This document shows positions 15,984-25,475 of a stretch of DNA of 64,000 bases, in pieces (the stretch's first letter is position 1; every line of letters begins with the position of its first letter). The stretch is from the IMG/VR virus record IMGVR_UViG_3300022822_000008, one strand, 5' to 3'. The notes beneath the pieces are model-generated. The model made no database searches and was not told the DNA's origin. It saw nothing but the letters and a program-made list of their open reading frames with translations. A program made the translations under genes and the position numbers. The DNA is from a virus. Its lineage: Duplodnaviria > Heunggongvirae > Uroviricota > Caudoviricetes.

Positions 15984-16386
15984 TTTCCTGTTGATTTTGT
16001 TTAATTACTTCAGCTTGTTTGCGGAAGTCTTGGTTTAAAGGGTCTTTTGCACCCTCGGATTTTTCTACGATTGATTTTTGTGTATTTGTGAAACTTGTTT
16101 TACCTGTCATGGAAGTACTTTCCAATCTGACGGGCATTCCTAACAACACAATAATAATAAGACTTACAGCACCGAGCATCTTATATTTGTGGTTTGAAAT
16201 CTTTGTTGCTGTTTCTTCTTCAAGAAACGGTTTTAATAATTTCGTATAAACTAAGCAGAAAACACTTAGCGCTAAAAATGCGGCTATATAGCTATAAATC
16301 ATTGTATTTCTCCACTTTTGTTTTATCATTCCTGAGTTTTTGAATAAACCCAAGGTTCTTTTTACATCTGATACATATTCCATCAC
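15949..16386 (-). CDS. NfeD-like membrane protein partnered with the SPFH gene (35-nt overlap)
   Basis: Two transmembrane helices followed by a soluble C-terminus; operon position typical of NfeD-SPFH pairs. Confidence 0.45.
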   Translation of the reverse strand: MMEYVSDVKRTLGLFKNSGMIKQKWRNTMIYSYIAAFLALSVFCLVYTKLLKPFLEEETATKISNHKYKMLGAVSLIIIVLLGMPVRLESTSMTGKTSFTNTQKSIVEKSEGAKDPLNQDFRKQAEVIKQNQQEIENEINNENPK

Positions 16387-16545
16387 ATGATCTGGTTTCG
16401 GTGTATATCAAATGTTCACAAAAATGCTGGTTTACAGATTCTCTTAATGCACCCATTAATTTTATAAACAACATGATAGTTTCACCCATTTCGTTACTCC
16501 GTATTTGTTTTGATAGACACATTATTACAAATTATATTAGTAATG

Positions 16546-17451
16546 TCAACCATTATATTCTTCCATGATGATATCTTTTATTTTGCTCATATCGTTATAT
16601 TCTGGCAAATCACTCGCCTCAAGTTTTTCCGTAACACTATCATACATATCAGTGATTATAGAAACAGCATCTTCTTGAGGTACTTGACCTAATTTGATTT
16701 TCATAATTTCGTCAGCACGAACCAAAGGAAATACTAAATCTCTTGTGTCGATTATTTCCTCAAGTTGGATAATAGCCCTGACTGCATGACTCAATGCCTT
16801 CCAATCGCCACCTGAATGTGAACTTACTACAGTTCGGTCACCGTAACGACTTATTTTTTGCTCCAAACAAGTTTTAAGATGCTCCATACGACAGGTAATT
16901 TGATTGCGGCTGCCACAAATATCAATGTTAGCAATAATATTATCTTTATGTGGAGTGAACGTAATATATTTAAAATCAGATCTCATTATTTGTTCAGGTA
17001 TCGTGGTTTCAGCAACTCTAACACTATCGTGATAAACATGCAACCAATTATTTAGTTCCTGCATTTCCTGATAACGTCTAACTTTATGGCCATATTTCGT
17101 AGACATCGTTTTTATATAACCAAGAATTCCTCTCATATTTTTACAATAAATGCCAGATCTATTTTTCTGAATTTCATCCCAAGCAGGCGTCGAGTTTAGT
17201 GTAAATTCCTTCGGTGTGTGTATCATATCAACAGAAACAGTATCACCCTTGTCTAGCATGCTGAAATATTTTCCAATTGCATACAGCGAAGTGTCAATAT
17301 CATCAGTTTGTTTTTCTATGACAGGTTGAAAATTTCCAAATACAACATCTTCTAAAGTAGGAACAAAAAGGCCTTTGTAATCTGTATCGCTCTGTGGCCT
17401 AGATAATCCATACAGATGCGAACCAAATACTCCATTAAATAAAATTTTCAT
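16546..17451 (-). CDS. Pol-beta-superfamily nucleotidyltransferase (GS..DxD motif)
   Basis: GVFGSHLYGLSRPQSDTDYKG plus a downstream acidic residue in VSVDMIH. Confidence 0.6.
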   Translation of the reverse strand: MKILFNGVFGSHLYGLSRPQSDTDYKGLFVPTLEDVVFGNFQPVIEKQTDDIDTSLYAIGKYFSMLDKGDTVSVDMIHTPKEFTLNSTPAWDEIQKNRSGIYCKNMRGILGYIKTMSTKYGHKVRRYQEMQELNNWLHVYHDSVRVAETTIPEQIMRSDFKYITFTPHKDNIIANIDICGSRNQITCRMEHLKTCLEQKISRYGDRTVVSSHSGGDWKALSHAVRAIIQLEEIIDTRDLVFPLVRADEIMKIKLGQVPQEDAVSIITDMYDSVTEKLEASDLPEYNDMSKIKDIIMEEYNG

Positions 17452-17732
17452 TAATAGGCACCTAAGTAGACTTTGCGAACTTCATAAGCAGGAATTTCTA
17501 TAAATCCTTGCTTCATTGCGGCAATGTAAGAAATAGATTTTCTTTCATGTGTATGGAATATATCAGCATTATCAAGGCTAGTAACTTCACTTACATTATT
17601 CAAATCATTTTTACCCCAACCTGCATCTTTAGAAACTCTTTTGGCATATAAACCTTTCGTGTTAATAAGTACAAAAGTTTTCGATATTGATTGAATTCCT
17701 TTTTCGTCATAAGACGTTTCGTTTTCTGACAT
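17451..17732 (-). CDS. Hypothetical protein, start/stop-coupled to the nucleotidyltransferase
   Basis: ATGA overlap at 17451. Confidence 0.4.
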   Translation of the reverse strand: MSENETSYDEKGIQSISKTFVLINTKGLYAKRVSKDAGWGKNDLNNVSEVTSLDNADIFHTHERKSISYIAAMKQGFIEIPAYEVRKVYLGAY

Positions 17733-18049
17733 TAGTAATCTCTTATTTTGCTATGTTTTGAATTCATCAACATTTGAAGCTGACGATCCATTAGAGTAAA
17801 CATACCTCGAGGCCAGTTATTTAACCGGCCATCTTTGCCGCATTCGATAGTTTCACCTTCGAATTTAAAAGACCAAGGTGCAATTTCACCAAGCATAACC
17901 CCAATTCTAAGCTCTGTAAATTGACAATCATTCGCTACGAAAACATGAGACTCGTTACTGGAAAGCATCGAGTCATACCAGGTTCTTAGCTCCGAGTCAG
18001 GTATGCAGTCATCAGGGTCTGTACTTATACAGAGGATTATATCTTTCAT
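17732..18049 (-). CDS. Hypothetical protein
   Basis: 105-aa ORF. Confidence 0.4.
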   Translation of the reverse strand: MKDIILCISTDPDDCIPDSELRTWYDSMLSSNESHVFVANDCQFTELRIGVMLGEIAPWSFKFEGETIECGKDGRLNNWPRGMFTLMDRQLQMLMNSKHSKIRDY

Positions 18050-18232
18050 TGTTTTAACAACTCTTTAAATTGGTTGTAAGTGCGAATGCTGCGAACTTCA
18101 CCTTTATCTACACGATCAACAAAGTTTTGCATGGCTTTTTCAAGGTCGATAATTCTTAGATTGAGAATTTGCGTCTCTGTTAGTTCAACATATGGCATTT
18201 GTTTATACTCTTTGTTATTAAAACGATATGTA

Positions 18233-18261
18233 TATTATAACAAGTAATGAGAGAATGTCAA
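18233..18261 (-). promoter_or_regulatory. Sigma70-type promoter (-35 GTTGAC, -10 GTTATAAT)
   Basis: Consensus boxes upstream of ORF 17732..18049. Confidence 0.45.
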
Positions 18262-18264
18262 CAA

Positions 18265-18504
18265 TTAAGTTGCATTCTCATCAAATAATTTTGCATCATA
18301 ACGAGTCATCCATTTGCCATTCATTTTCATCGCTCTGAGGAATATTTGATCAGTGTCAAGAAAACCTATAACAACCTCTTCGGGTGTTTTAACGATGTCA
18401 TATCCAGCTTGACTACAATCTTTAGCGATTTGATTAACGAATTTTTTGTCCCAAATTCTCACGACAGGACGAGCAATGTTGCTATGATTAAATGATTTTT
18501 TCAT
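18265..18504 (-). CDS. Hypothetical protein
   Basis: Preceded by the promoter/leader cassette at 18549-18579. Confidence 0.5.
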   Translation of the reverse strand: MKKSFNHSNIARPVVRIWDKKFVNQIAKDCSQAGYDIVKTPEEVVIGFLDTDQIFLRAMKMNGKWMTRYDAKLFDENAT

Positions 18505-18548
18505 GATTTTTTCTCTTAGGTTGTTTTCGTGTTTCGATTCAATATAAA

Positions 18549-18579
18549 TATTATATCAAAAACTCACCTTCAAGTCAAA
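18549..18579 (-). promoter_or_regulatory. Early promoter cassette with conserved leader
   Basis: TTTGAC-17-TTGATATAATATTTATATTGAATCGAAACACGAAAACAA, then the ATG of 18265..18504. Confidence 0.6.
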
Positions 18580-18582
18580 CAT

Positions 18583-18894
18583 TTATTTCAACAATTCATC
18601 ATTTAATTTTTCTGTATCCTTCTTATCACTGGCACGTGCAGCTGCTAAACTTTTTGCAACACACTTCATAGCTGCTCGGTGTACTATGATTTTACCTATA
18701 AACCCAAATGGACTATATTCAACAGGCGACCATACTCTACAAAACATAAACCCATTTGCTATCCACAATTTTTTATCGGTATTTGTTTTCTGTATAGTAA
18801 TAAAGGACGAGTCTGCGCGACTCCATATTGGTTCCCAAAGACCTTCGTCAATCTGTTTCGCAACTGCGCGTGCTAGTTTTATTCCGCTTTTCAT
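18583..18894 (-). CDS. Hypothetical protein; tandem paralog A
   Basis: Shares KLARAVAKQI.EG.W...LWIANG..FC....PV.Y.PFGFIG.IIVHRAA with 18891..19208. Confidence 0.5.
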   Translation of the reverse strand: MKSGIKLARAVAKQIDEGLWEPIWSRADSSFITIQKTNTDKKLWIANGFMFCRVWSPVEYSPFGFIGKIIVHRAAMKCVAKSLAAARASDKKDTEKLNDELLK

Positions 18895-19208
18895 AATGTA
18901 TCCAGTAATTTAGCATTCATTTGTTTTATTTGTTCCCTTTTAATCTCAGTCGGCTTTATCTTCATCCGACCAATATATTTCCAAGCGGCTCGATGTACTA
19001 TGATTCTACCTATAAAACCAAATGGGTTATATTGAACTGGTTTGTACATTTCACAGAAAAACCATCCATTTGCAATCCACAATTCGTTATCGGTTCTTAT
19101 CTTTTGCATCGTAACGTAACTAATAGTTGATGGATTCCAATATGGAATCCATTGTCCTTCCTCTATTTGTTTCGCAACTGCACGCGCCAGTTTTATCCCA
19201 TTTTTCAC
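18891..19208 (-). CDS. Hypothetical protein; tandem paralog B
   Basis: See 18583..18894. Confidence 0.5.
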   Translation of the reverse strand: MKNGIKLARAVAKQIEEGQWIPYWNPSTISYVTMQKIRTDNELWIANGWFFCEMYKPVQYNPFGFIGRIIVHRAAWKYIGRMKIKPTEIKREQIKQMNAKLLDTL

Positions 19209-19411
19209 GGTTTAAATCTTCCACAGCAATTGTCTTTGTTTAACTTACGCTCTAGATGTAAAATGTATTCGGCCATTTCTTCGAAGAGATGCGTCGAGCG
19301 CCAATCTTCAGTGTCTCTATACTTTACATAATCTCTCATTATGTGATTATCTAATTCTCCACCAGCTTCAAAGTAATCACGCAGTTTGTCTCTAGATTCT
19401 TTCAAATTCAT
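19205..19411 (-). CDS. Hypothetical protein
   Basis: 68-aa ORF. Confidence 0.35.
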   Translation of the reverse strand: MNLKESRDKLRDYFEAGGELDNHIMRDYVKYRDTEDWRSTHLFEEMAEYILHLERKLNKDNCCGRFKP

Positions 19412-19583
19412 TTGATAATTCTCCTATTATTTTAGCACATTGCATACAAAAAAATATAGTCATTCCTCTATTTCTAAGTGAATAAGTATAGATTAAATCA
19501 GTACCTTTTTTCATTTCTTTGTCACACCCGCGGCACATGCAAGTTCTTTCAGCCTTTCGCCTTATGATAGAATCAACACGCAT
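19392..19583 (-). CDS. Small C4 zinc-ribbon protein
   Basis: CMCRGC...CMQC. Confidence 0.4.
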   Translation of the reverse strand: MRVDSIIRRKAERTCMCRGCDKEMKKGTDLIYTYSLRNRGMTIFFCMQCAKIIGELSNEFERI

Positions 19584-19936
19584 TAGAATGGTATCCCATC
19601 TGGATCGTTTGGGTCAATTCCGTTTTCTAGACATAATCGACGTAAACGATCCACATCAGATTCCAATCTAGAAATTTCCCCGTGTAACGCATGTCTGTAA
19701 TTTTTTATACCATCAGGACTGAATATGTCTAACCAATTTCTAGACATTGATTCATAATCGGCCCAAGGTCTTATATTTTTATTGTCGGTATACATATACA
19801 GTTCACTCGAGCAATGACTTAAATCATAGGCACATCTTCTTGCCGCCTTTAAAGTTAATTCATATTGCTGTGCCAGCTCAGAAAAAGGTTTATTTCTTTG
19901 TTTCCAGCATATGATATAAAACCATAACATTTTCAT
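19583..19936 (-). CDS. Hypothetical protein
   Basis: 117-aa ORF adjacent to thyA. Confidence 0.45.
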   Translation of the reverse strand: MKMLWFYIICWKQRNKPFSELAQQYELTLKAARRCAYDLSHCSSELYMYTDNKNIRPWADYESMSRNWLDIFSPDGIKNYRHALHGEISRLESDVDRLRRLCLENGIDPNDPDGIPF

Positions 19937-19939
19937 TAT

Positions 19940-20803
19940 TTATACCGCCATAGGAGCTTTTATGTTCGGATGTGGATTGTAGTTTTCTAATTCGTAATCG
20001 CTTGTCTTTGTTTCGAGTAACTCTTCAAGAGTAGTAAAGGCGGGCATTTTCAATGTAGGTGCTTTTCTTGTTGTTCTGCTCAACTGTTCTTCAGCCTGTT
20101 CGACGTGATTAGAATAGACATGAGCGTCACCAATTGTATGGATGAAATCACCTACTTTTAAATCGCAAATCTGAGCTAGCATATGAGTCAACAGCGAATA
20201 ACTTGCTATATTGAATGGTACACCTAAAAAGAAATCAGCGCTGCGTTGATACAACTGACAACTTAATTCACCGTCTTGGACGTGAAATTGAGCAAGACAA
20301 TGACAGGGAGGTAGAGCCATAAATTCGACTTCATTAGCATTCCACGCAGACAATATATGTCTACGGCTATTTGGGTTGTTTTGAAGATCATTAATAAGTT
20401 TTGCTATTTGGTCGTTACCCCAAAATCTCCACTGGAATCCATATACAGGCCCAAGTTCTTTAATCATGGGAGTATTTTCATAACCCAATGCAACACCTTG
20501 ATTGTCAGCGTTTTCTGTCCAAATTGTAGTCTTATCTGCAAGTTCGGCACGAGGTTTTTCAAACCGAATCTCTGCCAACCTGCGTTCGTCTGTATTTCCT
20601 TCAAGGAACCACAACAGTTCTGATACAACACCTTTCCAAGCAAGTTTCTTTGATGTTGGTGCAGGAAATCCATTGCGGAGATTGTATCGAGTTTGCATGC
20701 CAAAAAGACCAATCGTGCCTGTACCCGTTCGGTCGTCGCGGCGTTTGCCATTTTCTAGGATGTATCTTAAATCGCATAAATATCGGTTCATTTTAGCACT
20801 CAT
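19940..20803 (-). CDS. thyA: Thymidylate synthase
   Basis: Hallmark ThyA motifs including the catalytic LPPCH. Confidence 0.95.
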   Translation of the reverse strand: MSAKMNRYLCDLRYILENGKRRDDRTGTGTIGLFGMQTRYNLRNGFPAPTSKKLAWKGVVSELLWFLEGNTDERRLAEIRFEKPRAELADKTTIWTENADNQGVALGYENTPMIKELGPVYGFQWRFWGNDQIAKLINDLQNNPNSRRHILSAWNANEVEFMALPPCHCLAQFHVQDGELSCQLYQRSADFFLGVPFNIASYSLLTHMLAQICDLKVGDFIHTIGDAHVYSNHVEQAEEQLSRTTRKAPTLKMPAFTTLEELLETKTSDYELENYNPHPNIKAPMAV

Positions 20804-20838
20804 TGTTAATTATAGACTGCGATTGATCTCTATTCAGA

Positions 20839-21045
20839 TCAATCAGTATTTTGAACGTAGTCACACATTGCCATCATTGCATTGCAGAACCAACCCATCA
20901 TGAATTCTTCATCTATAACAATATCAGGATTTTCTTCAATTGTTTTCATAAAGAATTGAGCCCAAGCTTGACCGTCGGGATTTTGATGTATACTCATATC
21001 ATAACCTCCCATTTGTGCTGTTTCTTCCCCGTTGTAATCTTTCAT
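20839..21045 (-). CDS. Hypothetical protein
   Basis: 68-aa ORF. Confidence 0.35.
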   Translation of the reverse strand: MKDYNGEETAQMGGYDMSIHQNPDGQAWAQFFMKTIEENPDIVIDEEFMMGWFCNAMMAMCDYVQNTD

Positions 21046-21356
21046 TTTAAACTCCTGTTATATTCTATTTCTATTTCTTTCTTAGCGTTGCGTTTACCAA
21101 AGTAAGCTCTCATTAATATAAAGATAGGTAATAAGGGGATAACAATTATTAAAGATATTAAATGCCCCACCGTATACTCAATTGGGTTTTTGTGTACTAC
21201 TTCCTTTATTTCCCTACAAAGATAAAAAGCAGATAGTTTTACTCTTTTTATAAAACTTTGGTGATACATAGCCCTAGGTGAATTTCCATTTATATCAAAG
21301 TCAGATTTTAGCTGAGCTTTTCTGTATTGCTCATTTTCATATTCTTCAAAAGTCAT
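21042..21356 (-). CDS. Hypothetical membrane protein
   Basis: Transmembrane segment LISLIIVIPLLPIFILM. Confidence 0.4.
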   Translation of the reverse strand: MTFEEYENEQYRKAQLKSDFDINGNSPRAMYHQSFIKRVKLSAFYLCREIKEVVHKNPIEYTVGHLISLIIVIPLLPIFILMRAYFGKRNAKKEIEIEYNRSLK

Positions 21357-21545
21357 AATTTATCCTTTATTCCACGATAGCTGAAACACACCAGTCAATT
21401 GTCATTACAAGTACTGTAAAACCAGTCATAACAATGTTGCCGATGGTGAATGCCATAAAAATGCTGAAGTCACTCTGATCTAAAATTAAACCAGTTATGG
21501 GGATGAGGAACATACACCATAAAATAACCCATGCTATAATTTTTT

Positions 21546-21854
21546 TCATCTTTTGTTCTCCAATTTCATAAAGTGTCTGAATTGATCTGCGCTCATAACG
21601 ACTGGGCAGGCTATACTATGTGGATAATCGTGATAGTCGTCCTGATATATCCAACATTCTTCGTTGTTAAACCATTTGAATGTTTTCAGTTGCAACTCGA
21701 ATACTTCTTGGTGATATTTTCTAGCGAATTTACTTAATGATTCAAGTTTCATTTTTAAGGTATCACGTTCGGCAATAACTTCATCAAGTTGTTCTTGTAC
21801 AGTTTTCATAGTTGATTGTCCATTAAGTTTTTCCAGAGGTGTCTGGGGAATCAA
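21546..21854 (-). CDS. Hypothetical protein
   Basis: 102-aa ORF. Confidence 0.4.
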   Translation of the reverse strand: MIPQTPLEKLNGQSTMKTVQEQLDEVIAERDTLKMKLESLSKFARKYHQEVFELQLKTFKWFNNEECWIYQDDYHDYPHSIACPVVMSADQFRHFMKLENKR

Positions 21855-22233
21855 CTATGATATCATAACACCACGAAAAGATCATCATGATCATTACAAG
21901 CACAAATAAAATAAGTAGAACCACATTTGCTATTGCGAATGCTGGTAATATAGAGCCGTGTTCTAAATAAAGAGGAAAAGTAATCATAGAGGTTGCCATA
22001 ACATAAAGGATAATAACTGCTAGTATTTTTTTCATAGTTGATTGTCCATTAAGTTTTCTTCAGCGGTGTCTGGCCTATACAATGGTTTAAAACTTGAAAT
22101 GCAGTGATTTCCATCTTGTTTGTAATCCCATTCATCAAACATATAACAATGTTGACCTTCTTTTTTGTCGGGCCAAGTGGCATTTTTATTAAAATATTGA
22201 CAACCACTGCATTTTGGCCCGTTAGGATTAAAT

Positions 22234-22722
22234 CTAGTATTCATCGCCATTCTCATCGAAATCATCTTCACACCAATATGAGTCTTCGTCTTCGTCTTCA
22301 TAGAAATCATCTTCTTGATGATCGAAAATTTCAGAATCACTTGGGAGAGTTGCAATTTTTGTGTATTCGATATTAAAACGAACAGCATAATCTACGATAG
22401 TATCAAGAGCAAGTTCAACGTATTTAGTAATAGTAGAATAACTGTCTGTGTTGGTAAGCGGAATTATAAGGTCCAAAGAATCTTTTAATTCTTTGTAATC
22501 TTCATTTTTGAAATTTGGCAATAAACAAAGATTCAAGAAAATTGCGGCGCCTGAGGTGTTGTTGAGGAAACCGTTATTGAATGCATCATAATAAAGTTTC
22601 ATCGCACCGCGCAACACTTCACCGCCCAGAGTATCACACGCACCAGAATGTGGTACAAGAGTCGTAGACATAGCATCAAGTTCTGTTTGGTACGTACCTG
22701 CGTTATTCCAATATTTTGTCAT
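22234..22722 (-). CDS. Hypothetical protein with a highly acidic C-terminus
   Basis: Promoter cassette at 22764-22793; tail DEDEDSYWCEDDFDENGDEY. Confidence 0.5.
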   Translation of the reverse strand: MTKYWNNAGTYQTELDAMSTTLVPHSGACDTLGGEVLRGAMKLYYDAFNNGFLNNTSGAAIFLNLCLLPNFKNEDYKELKDSLDLIIPLTNTDSYSTITKYVELALDTIVDYAVRFNIEYTKIATLPSDSEIFDHQEDDFYEDEDEDSYWCEDDFDENGDEY

Positions 22723-22763
22723 AATAATTACCTTTTGTTTTTCGTGTTTCGATTCAATATAAA

Positions 22764-22793
22764 CATTATATCAAATCTTCAAGCAGAGTCAAC
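22764..22793 (-). promoter_or_regulatory. Early promoter cassette with conserved leader
   Basis: GTTGAC-17-TTGATATAATGTTTATATTGAATCGAAACACGAAAAACAA. Confidence 0.6.
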
Positions 22794-22798
22794 AACTA

Positions 22799-23098
22799 TT
22801 ATAAAGGAGTCCCGTTTTTTTCGCATTTAATTAACACTGGAGCTATTACTGCGTTCCAATGTGATACTTCGCCGCATTTGCCACAGGTTGTAATAGATCC
22901 AATATCAACCTCATCAATGTCGAATAATGCTTCATATTTGTGATTGTATTGTATTGCACTTATGCTATACCAAGTTTGGCAATTTGTACAAAGAATATCA
23001 GTTTTATGCTTTGCAAGATGTTGTTCTTTAATTTTAGATTCGGACCTTACATACATTGCGGTATAAAACTTTTGCATACAATTAGTTAAACTAAACAT
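22799..23098 (-). CDS. Small zinc-finger protein (two CxxC pairs)
   Basis: CTNCQTW...CGKCGEV. Confidence 0.4.
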   Translation of the reverse strand: MFSLTNCMQKFYTAMYVRSESKIKEQHLAKHKTDILCTNCQTWYSISAIQYNHKYEALFDIDEVDIGSITTCGKCGEVSHWNAVIAPVLIKCEKNGTPL

Positions 23099-23495
23099 TA
23101 CGCATCTTCTTTTTTATTTTCGCAAGATTTTCTTCGGCTATACTAAGTGCTTTATTATCTTTCAATTTTTCAGACAATACTTTTCTCATTTCTTTTGCGT
23201 CAACTCTTTGCTGCAAACGGACGAAATACGACTGGCGTTTTTCTTCATCCAACAAATCGTCAGGCAAAATACCAAAACTATATTCATCATCACTACAACC
23301 GCGTAGATATTTAGTACCCTCAAATGAAATCTCTCCGTACTCATCGAATCCTGTATAACTTAATAATTCATAACCATCAATAGGTTCGATTAGGTTGTGG
23401 TCCGAAAGGAAGTTTTTAGCTAAATCCTCAACAGCATTTTGTAGTGCTATTCTATCGGAATTCATTTTGTGTACGGCTTTCAATAAGTTATTCAT
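23091..23495 (-). CDS. Hypothetical protein
   Basis: 134-aa ORF. Confidence 0.45.
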   Translation of the reverse strand: MNNLLKAVHKMNSDRIALQNAVEDLAKNFLSDHNLIEPIDGYELLSYTGFDEYGEISFEGTKYLRGCSDDEYSFGILPDDLLDEEKRQSYFVRLQQRVDAKEMRKVLSEKLKDNKALSIAEENLAKIKKKMRNV

Positions 23496-23549
23496 AATTT
23501 TCTCGTTTATTTGATTGAGGTTACATCATAACAAAATTAGTCTTAATTG

Positions 23550-24014
23550 TCAACCTTCATTTAACGATATTGGAGTTTTTGTGGAAAATATTCCTACAAA
23601 CTCGGACAGTTCACAATCAAGTAATACGACATCTGCTTTGTTATATGAGTGACGTATGAACCGTTTCAATGTAACGCAAGACGCCTTCAACCGATATTTT
23701 ACATTACAAAACTGTTCAGCTTTATATACGCAACCTTCAACATAATTATTCATGTATCTTAAGGCAAGCATCTTTTCCTGTATGCTATCATAAGAATTAT
23801 CTCCTCGAAATACGCTACCCAAATGAGTTCTTAGTATTTCGGATTTAGTTTTCTCACGCTTCCAGAAAAGTATTCCAGTGGTCACACCTTTGAAATCTTC
23901 ATAAAAATCACTGGTCCCTTTTTTATAGTTGGCATTCTGCAATTCATATTCTTTGTCGTAATTATCTACAGCATTTTTAATATCGCCGCATTTTATTTCT
24001 CTTAAGCCTTCCAT
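23550..24014 (-). CDS. Hypothetical protein
   Basis: 154-aa ORF. Confidence 0.45.
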   Translation of the reverse strand: MEGLREIKCGDIKNAVDNYDKEYELQNANYKKGTSDFYEDFKGVTTGILFWKREKTKSEILRTHLGSVFRGDNSYDSIQEKMLALRYMNNYVEGCVYKAEQFCNVKYRLKASCVTLKRFIRHSYNKADVVLLDCELSEFVGIFSTKTPISLNEG

Positions 24015-24237
24015 AATTAATTAATCCATTTTACTCTGTGAATTTCTGGGATCGTATCGCAAGAATCTCTTCTGCCATTATCATGTTCAATTCGGATACA
24101 AGCTCTCGTCTCGTTTGACATAATCACAATCGGAGCTTCAGCCATTTCTAAAACATATGTTACTTGTCTTTGTAGAATGAAAGCCATTGTACAAGTAAGT
24201 ATCACAACTATACCAAAAAATATTCTAAATTTAATGT

Positions 24238-24534
24238 TCATATCACACCTGATTGTTTTAAGATCGTTTCGTAGTTAAAATCAGCGATTCTTAAGTTTAA
24301 AGTTTCGCCCCATTTTTGAGTTTTGAAGTTGTAAGTATCAACATAGAATCTACTTTTATCTTGATTAGCATCTCGTACGTCAATGAAGTAGTTTGAAGTG
24401 GCCACGCGATAATTGTCTTTACCAGACTGAGCATGATCAATGACAGATTTTGTTGGTATATCATCATTTAATTTAATGACGATTTCTGGGACTGGATACT
24501 TACGAGCCATTATAATGCCTCTTTTAATTGGCAA
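24238..24534 (-). CDS. Hypothetical protein
   Basis: 98-aa ORF. Confidence 0.4.
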   Translation of the reverse strand: MPIKRGIIMARKYPVPEIVIKLNDDIPTKSVIDHAQSGKDNYRVATSNYFIDVRDANQDKSRFYVDTYNFKTQKWGETLNLRIADFNYETILKQSGVI

Positions 24535-24701
24535 ATCGAATCTTCTAAATCAGCAATACGACTTTTGTATATTGAAATTCCGTTTCGACCGTCGATTTTT
24601 TCATAAATTCTTAATGATATTTTCGCCGATTGAAGATCTTGTTCATAAGATACGAGGAATACTTCAGCATTATCTAATTCGTGTTGATTTAAAGGTTTCA
24701 T
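24510..24701 (-). CDS. Small protein; tandem paralog of 24772..24963
   Basis: Shares GISIYKSR(I/V)ADLE..ICQLKE; has its own promoter/leader cassette. Confidence 0.45.
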   Translation of the reverse strand: MKPLNQHELDNAEVFLVSYEQDLQSAKISLRIYEKIDGRNGISIYKSRIADLEDSICQLKEAL

Positions 24702-24736
24702 AATTTTCTCTTTTCGTGTTTCGATTCAATACAACT

Positions 24737-24765
24737 ATTATATCAAAACTCACGTTAAAGTCAAC
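24737..24765 (-). promoter_or_regulatory. Early promoter cassette with conserved leader
   Basis: GTTGAC..TTGATATAATAGTTGTATTGAATCGAAACACGAAAAGAG. Confidence 0.6.
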
Positions 24766-24771
24766 ACTTAT

Positions 24772-24963
24772 TTACAAATATTCTTTTAATTGACAAATAG
24801 CAGCTTCTAAATCAGCAACACGACTTTTGTATATTGAGATTCCTGGAGGATATTCAATTTTAGTCATTTCAGCTAGCTTTTCTTCAGCATCAACAATATA
24901 TCTTTCATAGTCTGAAATGAATATAGCCGCGTTTTTTATTACAAATGGAGTCATTAATCTCAT
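24772..24963 (-). CDS. Small protein; tandem paralog of 24510..24701
   Basis: See 24510..24701. Confidence 0.45.
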   Translation of the reverse strand: MRLMTPFVIKNAAIFISDYERYIVDAEEKLAEMTKIEYPPGISIYKSRVADLEAAICQLKEYL

Positions 24964-25289
24964 TTTTGCATCTCTATCAATAATTGCTTAGCGCTTTCTA
25001 ATCTTTCAATAAGAACGTCGAAGGAAGCAACATTGTCCGAAATTATTTGATAGTGTGCGTTTTTTTGTAAGTAATCATCTTCCTCGTCGGGTTCAACTAG
25101 AACACCGTCAATCATATAATTTGCGCCCACAGATCTAGGCTTGTTACTGTTTGTGAATGAGACACCTGCATAACCTTCGTCAGGATTAGACATAGTACCA
25201 ACTAAGGTACTTCCATTACCTAACACCAAAGTATCTATCTGTAAATCATCTAAATCTGGGTATATAAAAGTACATTGACCATAATTCAT
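24960..25289 (-). CDS. Hypothetical protein
   Basis: 109-aa ORF. Confidence 0.4.
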   Translation of the reverse strand: MNYGQCTFIYPDLDDLQIDTLVLGNGSTLVGTMSNPDEGYAGVSFTNSNKPRSVGANYMIDGVLVEPDEEDDYLQKNAHYQIISDNVASFDVLIERLESAKQLLIEMQK

Positions 25290-25475
25290 TTTTGTATTTC
25301 CTCTGCATAAACTGACCAGAACGTATCAATATCTCGTGAATTTTTCTGGCAATAATAATTTGAACCTTCCATATTACAAGCTATGGCTTCACCAAGTGCA
25401 ATTGCGCTGTCATAAGAATTAGCTTGTATTTGCATGGAGACCTCAGCGCCAAGTCGTGATAATGAGAATATTAAT

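Noticed and set aside
20357-20903. Plus-strand ORFs 20357..20623 and 20502..20903 and minus-strand ORF 20464..20751 inside thyA
   Set aside because: They lie antisense to, or out of frame within, the clearly identified thymidylate synthase gene.
22032-22388. Minus-strand ORF overlapping 22234..22722 by ~155 nt in another frame
   Set aside because: The overlap is too long for two real genes, and 22234..22722 carries the promoter cassette. The 22032 ORF probably has a later start or is not coding.
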